Origin: Halocafeteria seosinensis | Taxonomy: Eukaryota | Direction: 5' to 3' | DNA: 64,000 nt | Assembly (NCBI GenBank): GCA_001687465.1 | Contig: LVLI01000177.1 | Coordinates: 1-64,000 of the forward strand | Shown here: in pieces, positions 12,422-26,160 of the stretch | Position numbering within the stretch: position 1 is the stretch's first letter | Layout: each line of letters opens with the position of its first letter | Made by a program: the position numbers and the translations under genes | The notes under the pieces: generated by a model | The model's input: the letters and a program-made list of their open reading frames with translations, nothing else | Told to the model about the DNA's origin: nothing | The model's database searches: none

Positions 12422-14346
12422 ATGACGACAATGGTCGAGTTAATACCTGCTCTACTAGAGCAGATGTACGCTATTAAAGACCACTATTTCCCTCCGAGCC
12501 CCACCTCCTCGTCGAAGGCGGTGAATAAGCAGAATGTACTACGAGAGCTCTATAACAGAGTCCAGGAGAAGGAGAATGATGCCCATGACAAAGTGCATGG
12601 TCCCGAGGCGCTTTCCTTGGTGATGGATTCGATGGACGATATGGAACGAGCTGAACGCGAGCTGTCGAGTTTGCTACTCAAAAGTCCAATGGATAAAACG
12701 CGTCTGTGGGAACGACTGGGAGATGTCTACGTGGAACTGGGAATGCTGACGGAAGCCAAAGCATGCTTTGAATGGATAGCATTGCAGCAAGCCACTGAGG
12801 AGGATGACGCCCAACAACAAGACGAGAGTACGAAGCAGCTGCGAGTTCAAAGTATGTGCAGACTCAGTCAGGTATTGCGGTACATGGCAAAGACAACTGA
12901 GTTGCAAAGCCATAAAGTTCCACTGAGTTCACTTCAACTGGATGATGATACCGACGAGGAGCACGGGTCCACTCCAGGTGATACGAAGAAAGCGAATGAA
13001 TCTTCTACGACTTCGCCAACGAGGACGAAGCGAATTGCAGCCACGGCGGACCGAGACATTATTGATGACTCCGAATACAGGTCTGAAGTGTCCTCTGCCG
13101 CGACGGAAGCAATGGTCGCCCCTAGCTTCAAGGTTTTGTTCGATGCCCTCGGCTGGGCTAGAAAAGCAGTGGAAAGCAATATCTCTTCGGCACTTGGGTG
13201 GTGTAAGTGAAAGGAATCATTGAATTTCTAACGCCTTCCCCCAGAAGTATACACACATTCGTTGATACACCGCAGACATGCTAGGGAATTCCTACCAATC
13301 CTTGTACACAAGTTCTATATATCAAGAACTCTCACCTTATGTCAAAGTCTATCCCGGAAAAATATTGAGCAAGGCTGAACGAACATATGCCAGGGCAGCA
13401 ACTCTGTCTTCGAAAGCACAGGTGCCGTCCTGTCTGACGGAGTGCACCCTATTGAATGAAGAGTCTCGAGAGTACCTATCGGGAAGAAATCCTGATTTAT
13501 ACGTCAACTATGCAGACAACCTATTGACTCAACATAAATTTGTGCCGGCTATTAACAATCTCCGCACAGCCAGGGATATTGACCCCACGTTTGACGACCA
13601 CGTGAAGAAACAGATTACACTTATTAGAGCTCATCTGCAAGCAATATGGAGGTGTATTCCCCGAAAGCAGTATCGTAAATCGGGGCGGAAACTAGTGAGC
13701 AAAATGGGAGGTCGAGAGGACACTAGAGTTTTAAGCGCTATAGAATCTCTTTTTCACAACTACGGTTCTGGAGCTTCCCTGCGCCACATTTTTTGTTCCC
13801 TGTTTGGTCAGCATGACGCTGATGGCAGCATGGAGTCTGATATCTCGGAGAAAGTGTATGTTCCGCGCAGTATCGTTTCATACCGCGATCACCAACAAGC
13901 AGACACAATTCCTTGCACGACCGTCTGTCTCCTTTCCGCAACGCCTGTAGAGAGCCCGTTGCACCCACCTGTGTAAGATTTGGACTTGTCAGCCCATATT
14001 TTGCAATGATACTCTTCATCTTTTTCGTTTTGGTCTTTACAGCGTCTTAATAGGAACGGACCCGACTAAAGAAGAAGCCTATGTTGGCATAGCTTTGCTT
14101 CACCTCCCACCGTCCGTCACTGGTAGCCAAGTTAGAAAATATCTCAACAGCATCTCCAGGCAGTCCAGAGCAGGTGGTCAAGGATGGCTCTTGCTTCTTC
14201 GAGATGTCGAAGTTATGAACGTGCCCAAAGATGTTGGAAGCGATGGAGACTGCACTAGCACTGACACGTTCCCAATCTTGTTGATTAGGGATCCATCGCA
14301 AATTTGGATAAATGGAGTGCCTTGGCCACGAACATTACCGATATGA
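12422..14346 (+). CDS. TTC5: Tetratricopeptide repeat protein 5 (TTC5/STRAP)-like (3 exons)
   Basis: Motifs LLEQMYAIKDHYF, SMCRLSQVLR, WYMLGNSY (formed by splicing 13203-13275), NPDLYVNYA...DIDP and a C-terminal IRDPSQIWING OB-like end. Second intron 13973-14042. Confidence 0.75.
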
Positions 14347-14391
14347 AGGGAGCAGTATCCCATATGTATGAAATCTAAACAGGGAAAGATT

Positions 14392-15643
14392 CTAGTCTGG
14401 TCGGTGGGGATTAATGTGGGTGAGTATCTCTGTGTCCATCGTCTTCAATGCTTTCGACACGGCTCGGCAAAGGTGTGACTGCATTTTTTCGTCTAGTACA
14501 TCTGATTTCTCCATATCTTTTTTCCATATATCCTCAAACATTGATTTGTCAAACGAGCTAATATTGACTCTCGACCTGCCGTCCCGCTGAAGGGTTTTCT
14601 TTGAAATTTTCACCACTTCCTCAGACAAAATAGACGATCCACTGTGTGTTCCTAGTTGAGTCGGGTCAAAATAGCTCTTACGGAGATTGTTTCGACACTT
14701 CTCTTGAGTGTCGTTCAGGACGGAACACGTATGTTGTTCCAGCCAGTCTGACTTGTCTACTTTAGCCGGTAGCATATCTATTAACAGCTGAGAAAACTTA
14801 TCCGAGTGCCCCAGTATCATCTTATACTGCCACCACCGTGAACCCCCATACAGCGAAGTCACAATTGCGTCCGATATATCAAATAGCGGTGATGCCGAAG
14901 CAGGAAAACCTTTCCCTGGTTCTCCTTGCATGTGACTGAAGGGGTAACACTGCGGATACACTTCTCTGCAAAACTCGAATGCGGCATACTTAATTTTCCT
15001 GTTAGACGGCACATCAACGGGTTCATCGGCATGTGCCAAGTTCCACACGATGGATTTCGCTCGATCTGACAAATTGAAAAATGCTCGTATTGCATTGGGC
15101 ATCACGGCGATGGGTTCTATGTGGGTCGTTTCGGCCAAATGAGCCGCGATCATGCCTTGAAGTTTCGCCAATTTGAATAACCCTTGTGTATGGAAGCTTC
15201 GATTCCCGTAGCTCTTCATGAAATCTTCGATGAAAATGGCATCGACCCCATACTCCCGGTGAATCTCCTCTACGGCGAGACTTATCAGCTTAGCCGTCTC
15301 CAGCAAAGTGGCGGAGGACGATGTGAAGGTAACGGCATTGGCCATCAAAAGTTTATGGCCTGTGTAAGGGGAATCACAAATTCCACGAAGCCCAAAAAAG
15401 AAGTGACACACATGATTGGGAACACGTACTTGCAGTGTCTGTCAATGCGATACCGGTTGTCTTGGAACTGATATCCAGCCCGAGAACGTTGAAGGAGGAT
15501 TGACTTCGTACGGTATCCTCCATCATGTCCGCTACGACCGAGGAAGCCATGCAGCAGCGGTGCTTTACGATGTCAGGCGGCGAAGTACACACCCTCTTCA
15601 AGGAGAGTGTGGGCATTCGCAGATGGCAGAGAAAGCTTCTCAT
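14392..15643 (-). CDS. RuvC-fold Holliday-junction resolvase-like nuclease with possible mitochondrial presequence (2 exons)
   Basis: VLGLDISSKTTGIAL (catalytic D), AIFIED (E), VMPNAIRAFF and FDISDA (DxxD) appear in RuvC order. Intron 15360-15429 joins in frame. The N-terminus is Arg/Ser/Leu-rich. Confidence 0.72.
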
Positions 15644-16035
15644 GCTTGTAATTGAAGGGTAAATAGATGGGCTTGCCAGAAAGTAACAATTCAAATCAAC
15701 TCAAGTTAACTTTAAGTCCGAGTGACTCAAAGTGACCACTTTACTTGTTACGAGTGGGTACTAGCCTAGTACTACTATGTTCCATACAATTCCGGGTGAA
15801 ATAGTGTGAGTTTCATGGAACGGATTGCACCAGTCTTTCTACTGGGCTGTGTACGTCACGTGGGATACAGTAGTTTGGCTCAAGTAGGGAACCGGATTTC
15901 CCAAACACCTATACCCATGCTTTACATTACAATAATCAGATAATCGACGACGTCTATGATACTCAGAAATTGGAAGGGAGATTTGACTAGAGTGGTACGA
16001 CAAGCTCTTCCAGAGCTGCGGATGACGACTGTAGG

Positions 16036-16929
16036 CTATACATTCAAACAATTACCGATATCAGTTCCAGTAGTGTTCTCATAGTACAAGCAATACCATC
16101 CAAGCATTCCTCTGCTAAAGTAGCTCGGTTCCCGACCGCAATCCTTCACGTCTCGGTCTAACGCTGCCGAGATGTTATACCCTTGGTATCGAACATAGTA
16201 GGCTCCCGATACTGCAAATATTTCAAGAGCCAAGCCAGCACACTTTGAAATGTACATACCACAACAAAGAAAATACCACTAGAGTGACATACCTTCTCCT
16301 GTTCTATCGCAGCCAGCATCACAATGCCAGAAGATTACTTTGGGTACATCGTGCACCGTATGAACCCAATCGTGAACGACTCGTATACGACTCGGAAGCT
16401 TGTCAATACTAAAGAGCAAAGACGGATCATCGACAATCGACTTTCGTGTCTGGTTATCAACATACTGAGGTGGAAGCACAGCTCCAACAATGGGCCACAA
16501 CGTCAAATTCCCAGCTCCCGGGTGCTTCTTGAAGTACTCCACTTCCATCCAGTACCAAGGTATATTGAAAACATTATCGAACGAGATCACCTCCAATTCA
16601 AAGTTGGACGGCAGACTGTGACCACCCTCATCCAATGCTCGTTTGTGTAGATACTGCAAGAGCACATCATATCCGTAGACGTAACTCCCATTCGGTCCAT
16701 GAGTTGACGGGAAGTTGCCCCGGAAAAGCCAATTTCTATTGTCTTGGGATTTATCCACCTGCACAAGCCATGGGCCAAAACCATATATTGTTGCGCAAAT
16801 GCAATGGCTCGTTTGCTTCTTGAAGCGTACCACATGAACACGTTTATAGTCCAAGGACGCGTTCGTCCGCAGTGCGATGCTCAGGATCCCCAGAGCCAGC
16901 AGCACCACTGCCGTCCGTATCTCTGGCAT
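16036..16929 (-). CDS. Secreted cysteine-dependent (CX5R, PTP/DSP-fold) phosphatase, paralog 1 (3 exons)
   Basis: Hydrophobic signal peptide and P-loop HCDAGCDRTGE. Introns 16759-16830 and 16212-16292. Clearly homologous to 36564-37378. Confidence 0.8.
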
Positions 16930-17109
16930 CTTCGCGTTGAGGGATGCATGCATGTCTATCTGTGTTTGTACTTCTTTTTTTTCCTAGCTTTTGTGTTTTT
17001 CGAAGCAACACTGACTAAATACATCCCACCTAGTTACTGCACTAGGATGCGGTACTTCAATCGCAACGGATTTCTCGACCCGAGAGCTCTCGATACGTTG
17101 GCTAGACAT

Positions 17110-17380
17110 GGTAAATAATCGTCGCTCAAATTTTTGCGTCATTTTCCCCCTATTCCGAAGCACTCTTTGTCGGCTAATGGCTACCACACGTTATCCACTA
17201 TGTTCCTTAATCGCAATGGAATTTTGGGATCTGGTTCCCACACTGGATTCCCATGGTAGCTCTCGAATCGAGTCTCGAGATACACGGTAAATAATCGTCA
17301 CTCAGTTTTTTTTTTGCATATTTTCCCCCTGTTCCAGAGCACTCTTTGTTGGCTAATGGCTACCACATGTTATCGACTAT
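17110..17380. repeat. Imperfect direct repeat, two copies of about 92-95 bp (17110-17201, 17286-17380)
   Basis: Both copies read GGTAAATAATCGTC(G/A)CTCA...GCACTCTTTGT(C/T)GGCTAATGGCTACCACA(C/T)GTTATC(C/G)ACTAT. Confidence 0.9.
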
Positions 17381-17548
17381 TTCATTCTGCAATGCATCTG
17401 CATCAAAGTCCTGTTTGAATTCCTGCCTCGAGTCAGGAAGTCGCATGACCGTTAACTGCAAGACAATGATATGCATTCGAAGTGTTGTTGCCTTGCATTC
17501 GTTCGAACAACATCAGATATAGTATATCTCTGTAGCAAGCAAACAAGT

Positions 17549-20500
17549 ATGCCTGCAAAAGAGCAGCAACAGGAGGGGGAGAGGAAGCCTCCTGCTTCCA
17601 AAAGTCCAAGCGCAGCACAGGCTCAAAGTGTTGTTTCTTCCTCTACCACACGCGCTAGACAAGATGCACTAGGGGGACAAGTGTCATCCTCTTCGCTCTG
17701 GCCCTCTGCAGGCTCCCTGTGGGTGCCGGCATGGCAGGAGCCCCATGTGAATTTATTCAGCACGCTTCAAATTCATCGCCTGGCTCAAATCGTGGAGCGC
17801 CAGGAACGCTTACAAGGAGGAACTGGGGCTTCTACAGCCGATGACTCTTCCGATAAGCAGACGGCAGCTTCAGGAACCAAGAGCAGCAAAGAGGACCACG
17901 ATGCCGAAACGACGACGGATAAACATACAACAAGCGGGAGTTCATCGAAAATGAGCCAATCCATGAGTTCCCCTGAATGGGCTGCGAAACACGTTATGCG
18001 CCGTAAGGGCAATGTAAACCGCATTATGGTAAGGAACCTGGCATGTCTCCTTGCACAGAGGCAATGACCGGCTGTCTGTATCTCTGCTCCAGGACCATGC
18101 CATTGGGAAACTCATCTTCAAAGTGGTGGGACGAGTATCCACTTCCAACTATATCGAAATTCCTCGAGCTGTGTACGTACAACTATGTAACTTTTACCCT
18201 TCTCCTCCCGTCCTTTTCACAACTGCCCCATTTTCCGATGGTTTTGGCACAGGAAGGGAAAGAAAGCTGCCTCGCGAAAGACTCCCGTTACAGATATTAC
18301 GAATCTGGGACTGAAAGGGACGTTCGTCTACATTCAAGCTAGAGGAATGGCACGAAAAGCAAAGCCTCAAAGTAGTCAGAAGACTAAGAAAGGGTTTATG
18401 AATTTTTTGGACGGGGAAGAACGTAAAGCGTCGACAATGCTTCCTGCGAGTTTCTACATCGACGTTGTAACAACTTCGAACTACCTGTACCGGTTGTCAT
18501 TTAGCTCCTTTCACACGGAGTTCGGAATGCGCCTTGAAAAGATTATAGAAATACCGATAGAGTACGACATCAACGCATTTTGCCGTGCTCTCAGGTGCTG
18601 TCTTCATTAATTGTCTTGGAACGTGCTCATTTACATTTGCAGGTTGTCCACTACCTGGTGTACAATGGCTATCAGCATCCCATCTCTTCTTGCTGCAGCC
18701 ACTGGAGGAAAGGAGTCCATGAAAACGTTCAGATGCGTCAAATCTTTTAAGTTTAGCTGTAATATGAGTATTCGTAACGTTTGGACTTCTAATGAACTAT
18801 ATGATGGGCGGGTAAGTTGTGGTCTATGTTGACCTGGACAGCTATTCTCTTTTGTGAAACGCGTCTACTTCTTGTTCCACAGGATATTCCTAAGGACATG
18901 GCATTGCCTCTTCCTGATAACACCGATTACTTTGATATGTTCGAATGGTATTTTGCACCTGTGTGTCCTACACGGAAAGACGACAAAGCCAAAAAGAAAA
19001 GCAGCCGCCGGAAAGGACCGAAGCAGCTCCCCGGCTTAAAACTGTCTCCTGAGCAGCACCAATACGCCGTGGAAGAACTAGAGGAGGTCCTTGGTGCCCG
19101 GAAAGATTTGGGTGTACGGTTTGCAAAAAAATCGAAGAAACAGAAGGAAGACAAAAAAGCGAAGGAAAAGGAAACTGACGAGGAAGAAGAGGAAGAAGAC
19201 TCCTCCGAAGATGAATCTCTTACTAGTGAATCCATGCAGGAAATTGAATCCGATCGAGAGTCGGACCTCGGCAACTTAGAGGAAGAGATCGAAGAGTTGC
19301 AGAAGCAGGAGCATGTGGATTCCTCTGCAGACCACACTCAAGCGGAGCGAAAGGAGCAAGCGCAAACAACAACAAAAAAGAGTGGAGAAGAACTGAAGCA
19401 AGAGCTCACTGGCATATCTGACAGGCTTACCAAAGCTAAAGTATCGAGTTTGGCAAACATTGATAATTCGCTTTGCACGTATCCGGTCACAGAAGGTACA
19501 AAACTGCTTGACGATATGAGTATGCTCGGCTGCACCGGTTCCCTCCAAAATAGTATTCGGTGGACCGAAAGCGGAAAGGAATTACTATATGCAGGTGGTC
19601 CTACTCTAGTTTCCTTATCCGTCTCGAGTTATTTTGAATCTGCAGAGGACGGTGAAAGTGGGTCCAAAGGGAGGTACATGTTTGCGTCTTCCAACTCCAC
19701 GTCAATTGAGGGCCGTGGAGAGATAGATGGTTGCCGTCTTCAGAACGGCGATGAAAGCACAAATGGGAAGTATAAGAGCTTACCTCAAAAACATTTTACT
19801 GGGCATGCCGGACCGGTTGTAGGATTTCGTCTATCTCCAAGAGAGGAATTCCTGGTCACGGTCTGCCCCTTCTCCCACTATCAAGGATATTGTACCCGAG
19901 TACCAGAGTTACGAATATGGGACTACAAGAGCTGCCGGTTGATGGCGGTCCTCCGGGGGTTCCTCAATAGAGAAGACAGACTAGAGGCAAAGTTATTTCC
20001 TTGGAGGTCTGCTGGGGAATGGCAGCCGCTAGAACCAGAGCGCGACCAAGGCGAAACGCGGCCTGCTAAAGTGGGGGAGCAATGCCTAGACGTGACCCGC
20101 GATGGAAACTGTGTTGTTGTCAATGGGACTGACTGGAGAGGAAGGACTGTCATAACATTGCTGGACGTATCAGAGTTTTGTAAGAAGTATTTCAAAGATA
20201 GAACCACCAATATTAACCGAAGCGCAATCAGAATATCTGCAAGGCAAATGTCGGATTTTCCAATTTCTACGATGAAGTGCATGCCGGGAATGGGTGGGGA
20301 AATTGTCTCCGCTGGCAAGGAAAACGTGAAGATTTGGAGAAGAAAAGAGGAACATTTTTCGGGTGCACCTGTAGTACTCTCCCAATATGCTCGAGGATGC
20401 GAGTTTACCAGTATCGCATTCGAACCACCGGCACTTCGCTCCGTTTCAGATGACTCTTTTTACTCCAAACGTCAAGTTAGCGGGATTGATTCTGCGTCAG

Positions 20501-23500
20501 GTTCAAAACGAATATTTGTCGCATCCTCTCAAGGGTGTATTCTTCAAATCAATTACAATACTCGTGCGTTGGAGGCAGTGTTTCAACTGCACACCGGCCC
20601 TATCCACGGAATTGATGTGAACGAAGGATTTTTTGTTTCCTGTGGTGCGGATGGGTTTCTTCGCATGTGGCCTCATGATTTTGGTACGTTCTTTTTGGAG
20701 GCTCATCATGATTGTCCGGTGACATCTGCCTCCATTTCTCCTGACGGCTTGAAGATTGCCAGTGTTACCCTCTTGGGGAGTGTTGGGATCTTGGATATAT
20801 CGAGTCAAAGTTACTCGACTTTGCTACGCCCTCATGCAAATACAGTGCACAGTATTGCCACTAGGGATGCCGCTAGTGGAGTTGCGGACTTAGTAACAGC
20901 TTCGTATGACGGGAGTATTCGTGCATGGAATACTGAATCTTGGAGCCCGTTAACCGAATTCACCCTAAGGGACAACGACAATCAGTGCACCGCGCTAGCG
21001 TTTTTTCCCTCTTCTATAAAATTTTCAGAAATGTCTGACGCAGTCGTTGCTGGCTTCGAATCGGGGAAAATAAGGGTCCTGGATGTAACTACAGCCTCTG
21101 TTATGTACGAATTTCATCAGCACCAAGTGGCTGTAAGCAAGATACATTTCATCAATGGGGATTCAGGGCAAGAGGGAAAAGAGGATAAGGATGCGTTACA
21201 GGACGCTCAGCGTCTTCTTATTGTATCAATTGCCAAAGATTTCAGTCTATGCGTTTACGATATAGGCAGAAAATTTACCCCAATCCGAATGTTGGACTTA
21301 TCTGGACTATTCGCAATGCCAGCCGTAGGAGGATTGGGGGGATATAAGGCTAGTGTGTCATTCAGTAATCGGTTAGGGAAATGCGTCGTTTCTTGCTACG
21401 TGAACGAAGAAGAAGGAACTGTTGAAAATTGCGAGGGAGTGGACTTCTCCCCGGTGTTGTTGGACTCGGTGGAATTTTCGATATCGGGGAAACTGGAACT
21501 GCAAAATACTAGTGTTGGCCCGGCGAGTCGTCGAACCACACAGCAATGTTCCCATCAAACGGCGGCAATGTCCGCGTTATCGCACGGAGACAGGAGCAAC
21601 GGCTCTTCGCCTTCAAAGGTAAAGGATGGTGTGCATCGATACCCCACTATGGCTACCCGCGTTGCGTTTGGTCCCAAAACAGATGTAGTATATGGGGGAA
21701 TGAATGATGGACGTATCTTCAAATGGGATGTTCACACAGGGAAACTACTGCAGAGTATTCAAAATTTGGGACTAGCTCCGTCCCGACGACTGCATGACAT
21801 GGCGCTGCCACCTTTTGCTATCACAACGTTAGAGCCTAGCTCTGATGGGAAACTTCTACTGACCGCTGCTAAAGACGGCGCAATTAGTGTATGGAACGCT
21901 GCATTGATGGGGCCGACTCCTAAAGACGCGCTGTGTCAACGTTTTGAGCCTTGCGTTGGACGATTTGGTCCCGCATCCTGGTGTGCCGGAGGGAATTATG
22001 TCGTTGCTGCCCCAGACGTACTACAGTGTGGTATGGAATCGAAGGCCTTGCGGCTCTTTGATGTTGCTGCAGAACAAGGGGTGCTTTCCGCAGCTGCAAA
22101 GGGGTGGAGACGTAACAGAAATGTGGGAGGACTGTTTGCTTCGGGTGCTGTTTTACGTTGGCGTGTAAATAATGGTCAGGAGCTTTGGTCTGAGAAAGAG
22201 GAGCGGCCTGCCGAGTGCTCCCAACCTGCACCGGCAGACACTCCAGTAACAAGCAGTTTTGTCACATCGCAGCGGACGTTCACTGAATATAGAGAGGCGC
22301 GAACTACACCATTGAAAGAAGCTCAAAATCAGTCTTTTGACAGCCTTGGCACTGATATAGCACCAATAGCGGAACGGGAAGTGGATACTGAAGGGTCGGA
22401 GTTATACGAGCCCGTTGAGGAGGAGTGGCACCATGACAACGGCTACCAGCCTGGAGATACCTCTGAACCTCCGGAAAATGTGGGCAAGTGTGATGTGGAC
22501 TCAGTTGGAAGGCCATCGGAGAGTAGACCTATACCACCTCCATCCCCTATTCGACAAGAGGCAGCCCACGAACGCTCCAGCTCGTCGTTTCAAGAACCAG
22601 ACCGATTCAGACAGAAGGCCGATGCACTGCAGGTTGCATCTTCTCTATTAGAATACCGGAATATGGGGTTTGATACCAGTGGCAAAGTCCCTGCTGTGTT
22701 TCTTGCCCATGCTAACGAAGTTGCTTTGCCTAAACGGAGTCAAGTTTTGGTCCAACCGTTGGATAGCCTCCAGCAGACCGTTATTCAGCTGAGTGAAGCG
22801 CATGAAAACGCCGTCGAAATAACAGCGTTGGCTTCCGATGACATTGGTTTCTGGTTGGCAGTCGGTCTGCGCCACCACTCCAAGAGAGGTAGCACAGGCG
22901 AAATCCAGCTGTGGTGTGCGGAGGACATGGACGACACTGGATCCGTGCACCAGTGGAAATGCTGCTACGCATTGGTTTGTCGCCATACAGTGCCGGTGGT
23001 TTGTACCGTAGATTCGCAATTTTCCTCGGTGGCTGCCCTGGTCGAAGCGGGTTCGGATGACGTATCTGGTGGCAAGTCGTTTAGCGTATCTGTTTGGAAC
23101 ATAGAAGGGATGAAGACTGGTGGTCAATCTGATTCATGTAGTCTCATAGACAAGCCAGACACTTCTTCGCTGATCGCTGAAAACTGCAGCTCTCCTGCTA
23201 AGAAACCTCCGGAATTTATATTCAAGTGGGACGCTAGAATCGGAGCAGTTGGGCTGGCTCTTATCAACATGGAGCCGTACGTAATCTTACCCAGGGGCAG
23301 GAACCGGTTTGGTTGCAAGAAGTTAGCAAGTCTATCAACAGAAGAGGATACTCACAGGTTTCAAAGGGTAAGTCATGCGGATCTGCGCATTACGCAAAAC
23401 GGTGGCGAGGAAGGTGTGCTGCTTGCTTTGGCTAAATCAAACCAGTCCTGCTTCCTTGGTTGGCTATCGTGGTCCCCCAATGACTTCAACACTCTTACAT

Positions 23501-25218
23501 GGAAGGTAGTGGCTGAACTTCTCGTAGCGAAAGCTCCTAAGAAAATCAACCGTGTGGCGTCTCTAAATCTGTTGGAAAACAGTATAGTTTGCGTGTTTCG
23601 AGGCGGAAACGTGAATGTTTGGGACTATAGTCTCTCTCCAGAAAACGTGGCCGCTGCTACCAAGGGAAAGGGTGCATCGCGCAAGGCAAGAGCTCCGCAA
23701 AGCCAGCCAAAGCAGCAGGGGAAAAGCGTCCCACGGAAGCACCTGAACCTAGACAGCAACGTCCCACTGCAGAAAGGAGTTGTCCAAAAACATTCAACTC
23801 AGCCATTTGGCGATCTGTCCGGAGCCACACTACCAATGGTAAACGTGCAAAATTCGGTTTCCCTCGTTCCATCGCAACGGCAAGTTCGAGTGAAGGGGCA
23901 TCCGAACTCCGTCCTTATGAGATGCTGCGATGGTTACGATACTCAGTTGCTCTTCGTCAGCGAGCTTGGCTCATTATGGAGGCTACAATGCACATTCGTG
24001 GATCCGACAAGGTTCGGGGCCACAGAGGAAACGTGCTACTGGGAAGAAGCTGTTCTTCCTCAACCGCTGGAGGTGCTGGGTGTTCAATTTTCGGACGCCT
24101 CGTCAAGTCTAGTCTCTCTTTCTTTCCTACGGCGCGATACCCTCTTGTTAATGACCCATAGCTGCGTCAAGGATGAGGCGTTTTCAAGATTTCCCGATTT
24201 ACAAGCAATTACTGGTTCAACTATCCTCGAATGTGCAGATGTTAGATGTAACTCCCGAGTATATATGGACTTATCCGGAGGGGTGGATGATGGACAGGAA
24301 GTCCTGTGTGTGTCCGTACAATCAAAATTGATGATTTTTACGGTGTCTACCCTAACTCTCATCGATGAATTCGTATTCGCCGAAGACTGCGGACTGATTA
24401 GCTCCTTGTGCGTATATCCGCTGAAAACTGCGCATGTCGCGCTGGTGGGGATGGACCGTGGGGATGTCTACGCCGTTGTTTACGATAACACGGGCGTGAA
24501 GTCCTGGTGGGAGTTTTCGGCCCTGATTGATCCTCAATGTCACGCTTTTTCAAGGCATGGTTCCAATACGATTCTTCAAATCCGATCCTACTCCTCTGGT
24601 AACTCTACTTGTGTTGCCATAGCATCCGGAAATGGCTTCTTGTCGATCTGGGACGTGTCACCAACTCGGAAGGCGAGTAACACCTCACAACAGCCAATGA
24701 AAATGAGGCTGCTGGACACAATGGCCCTTTCTGCTGACCTCCGTGATAGCGCTGAAAATACTCCGCTCCAGGAGAGGGTGGACATAGCATTCAATTCCGC
24801 CGATACAATGTCAATGATTTGTACCCGCCGAACGTCCGACGAAGAACCAGCCTATTTCTTAGTTAGTTACTCTCTTGAGGACAAGAGAATAACAAATGTT
24901 TCGGATCCACTGCCCTTTACCCCCGTGAGGCTAGTAGCTGCCACGTCGGACGAGAGACGACAATGGACGGGAATCTCCTTCCACCGATCAGATGATGAGG
25001 GATCGCAAGTGGCCTGGCTCCGGAGCGGATCGTCAAGTAATTTTGGTCTCGTGAAATTCGTCACTCCGGCCTTTTCCGTAGGTACTCAGTTAAGGGCCGA
25101 GTGTCCTCTAGGGGTTTTTCCATCCATTGCTGCGGCTTCCAGCGAAGGCTTGACCATATTTAGTCATTCTCCGTCTGATGGAAATGATTCGCTCAATTAT
25201 AGTAACTGTGAGACTTGA
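17549..25218 (+). CDS. WDR90: WD repeat protein 90 / POC16 (N-terminal CFAP20/DUF667-like domain plus WD40 propellers; several short 5' introns, large last exon)
   Basis: The N-terminal exons give WQEPHVNLF, GRVSTSNYIEIPR, LGLKGTFVY, RLSFSSF, KSFKFSCNMSIRNVWTS and IPKDMALPLP. Later motifs include LHTGPIHGIDVNEGFFVSCGADGFLRMWPHDF and YSTLLRPH. Introns include 18029-18092 and 18173-18252. Confidence 0.88.
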
Positions 25219-26160
25219 TAAATGAATTCAGTTGCCCTTGTAGTGCGTTTATGCCTCCCATTCAAAACTCCTTAGTATTTCTGTCTGGAATTCATAAGCA
25301 TCTCAATTAGAGTTTCGTAAGTCGCAGGAACAATGAAAAATAACAAACAGATGTGATATACACGCACGGAGGTAGGTAGGTGTCCACGAAAGGCGATTCG
25401 TTTGAGATGTAGTGCAGTTGTATCGTAATTGGAAAAAGGGAACTAAAAAGCGTGCAACTTTCGGACACCTTACGATTCGCCCGGATCCCGCACAGTGGAA
25501 TTCGGAGAGAATGAAGAGATGGTGGTAGGCGGTTGTTCGTAGGTCACACAATGGGGTCTTATCTGTACCGCAATACAAGTACAGTACTTGTGCTATTGGC
25601 ACTCTAGCGTAGTAGGGAGACAGACGAGCTTGACGAAGGGGCCACGGGAATTCAGCACAGGAGCGCATTGGAACTGTACCTGTGTAAAGTGACGAAAAAA
25701 ATCCTGCAATTCCATGAATCTCAAGCAATAGGATATTCCGATTCTAAGCATTCAATATCACACGTACCACTGAACGTGGAATATACAATCGCCAAAAGCC
25801 AAAGTCTCAGATCAGATGGTACACTGTAGTACACTGTGTATATGTTGTCCGGCGCCTCCGGTATAATACATCGAACATCATGGAACGGTCTCTTTCTAAA
25901 CAGCTACATGAACGTCATGTCTCCCTGTGCCCGTCATCCCTCGCTATGTGATAAAAAAAAAAAATTATTTTTACCGTAGATTGTGGCGATGTTCTCCTGG
26001 ATTCCTCCCTGAGGCTCCTCTTCCTGATGTCATTGAAGTCATCTGATCTCACTGGGTTCCTTGCTGCTTTGACACGGCGATACCTTACTCATCACATCAG
26101 GGAGGATTGTTTTGTCTCGTGGTGTGCATCCATCCGACGACATTCTTCTAGTCCGGGACA

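Noticed and set aside
14392..15643. RuvC motifs as a possible Fanzor/TnpB RNA-guided nuclease
   Set aside because: The first catalytic Asp is near the N-terminus, leaving no room for REC/WED domains. There is no CxxC zinc finger and no transposon ends. The layout fits a resolvase.
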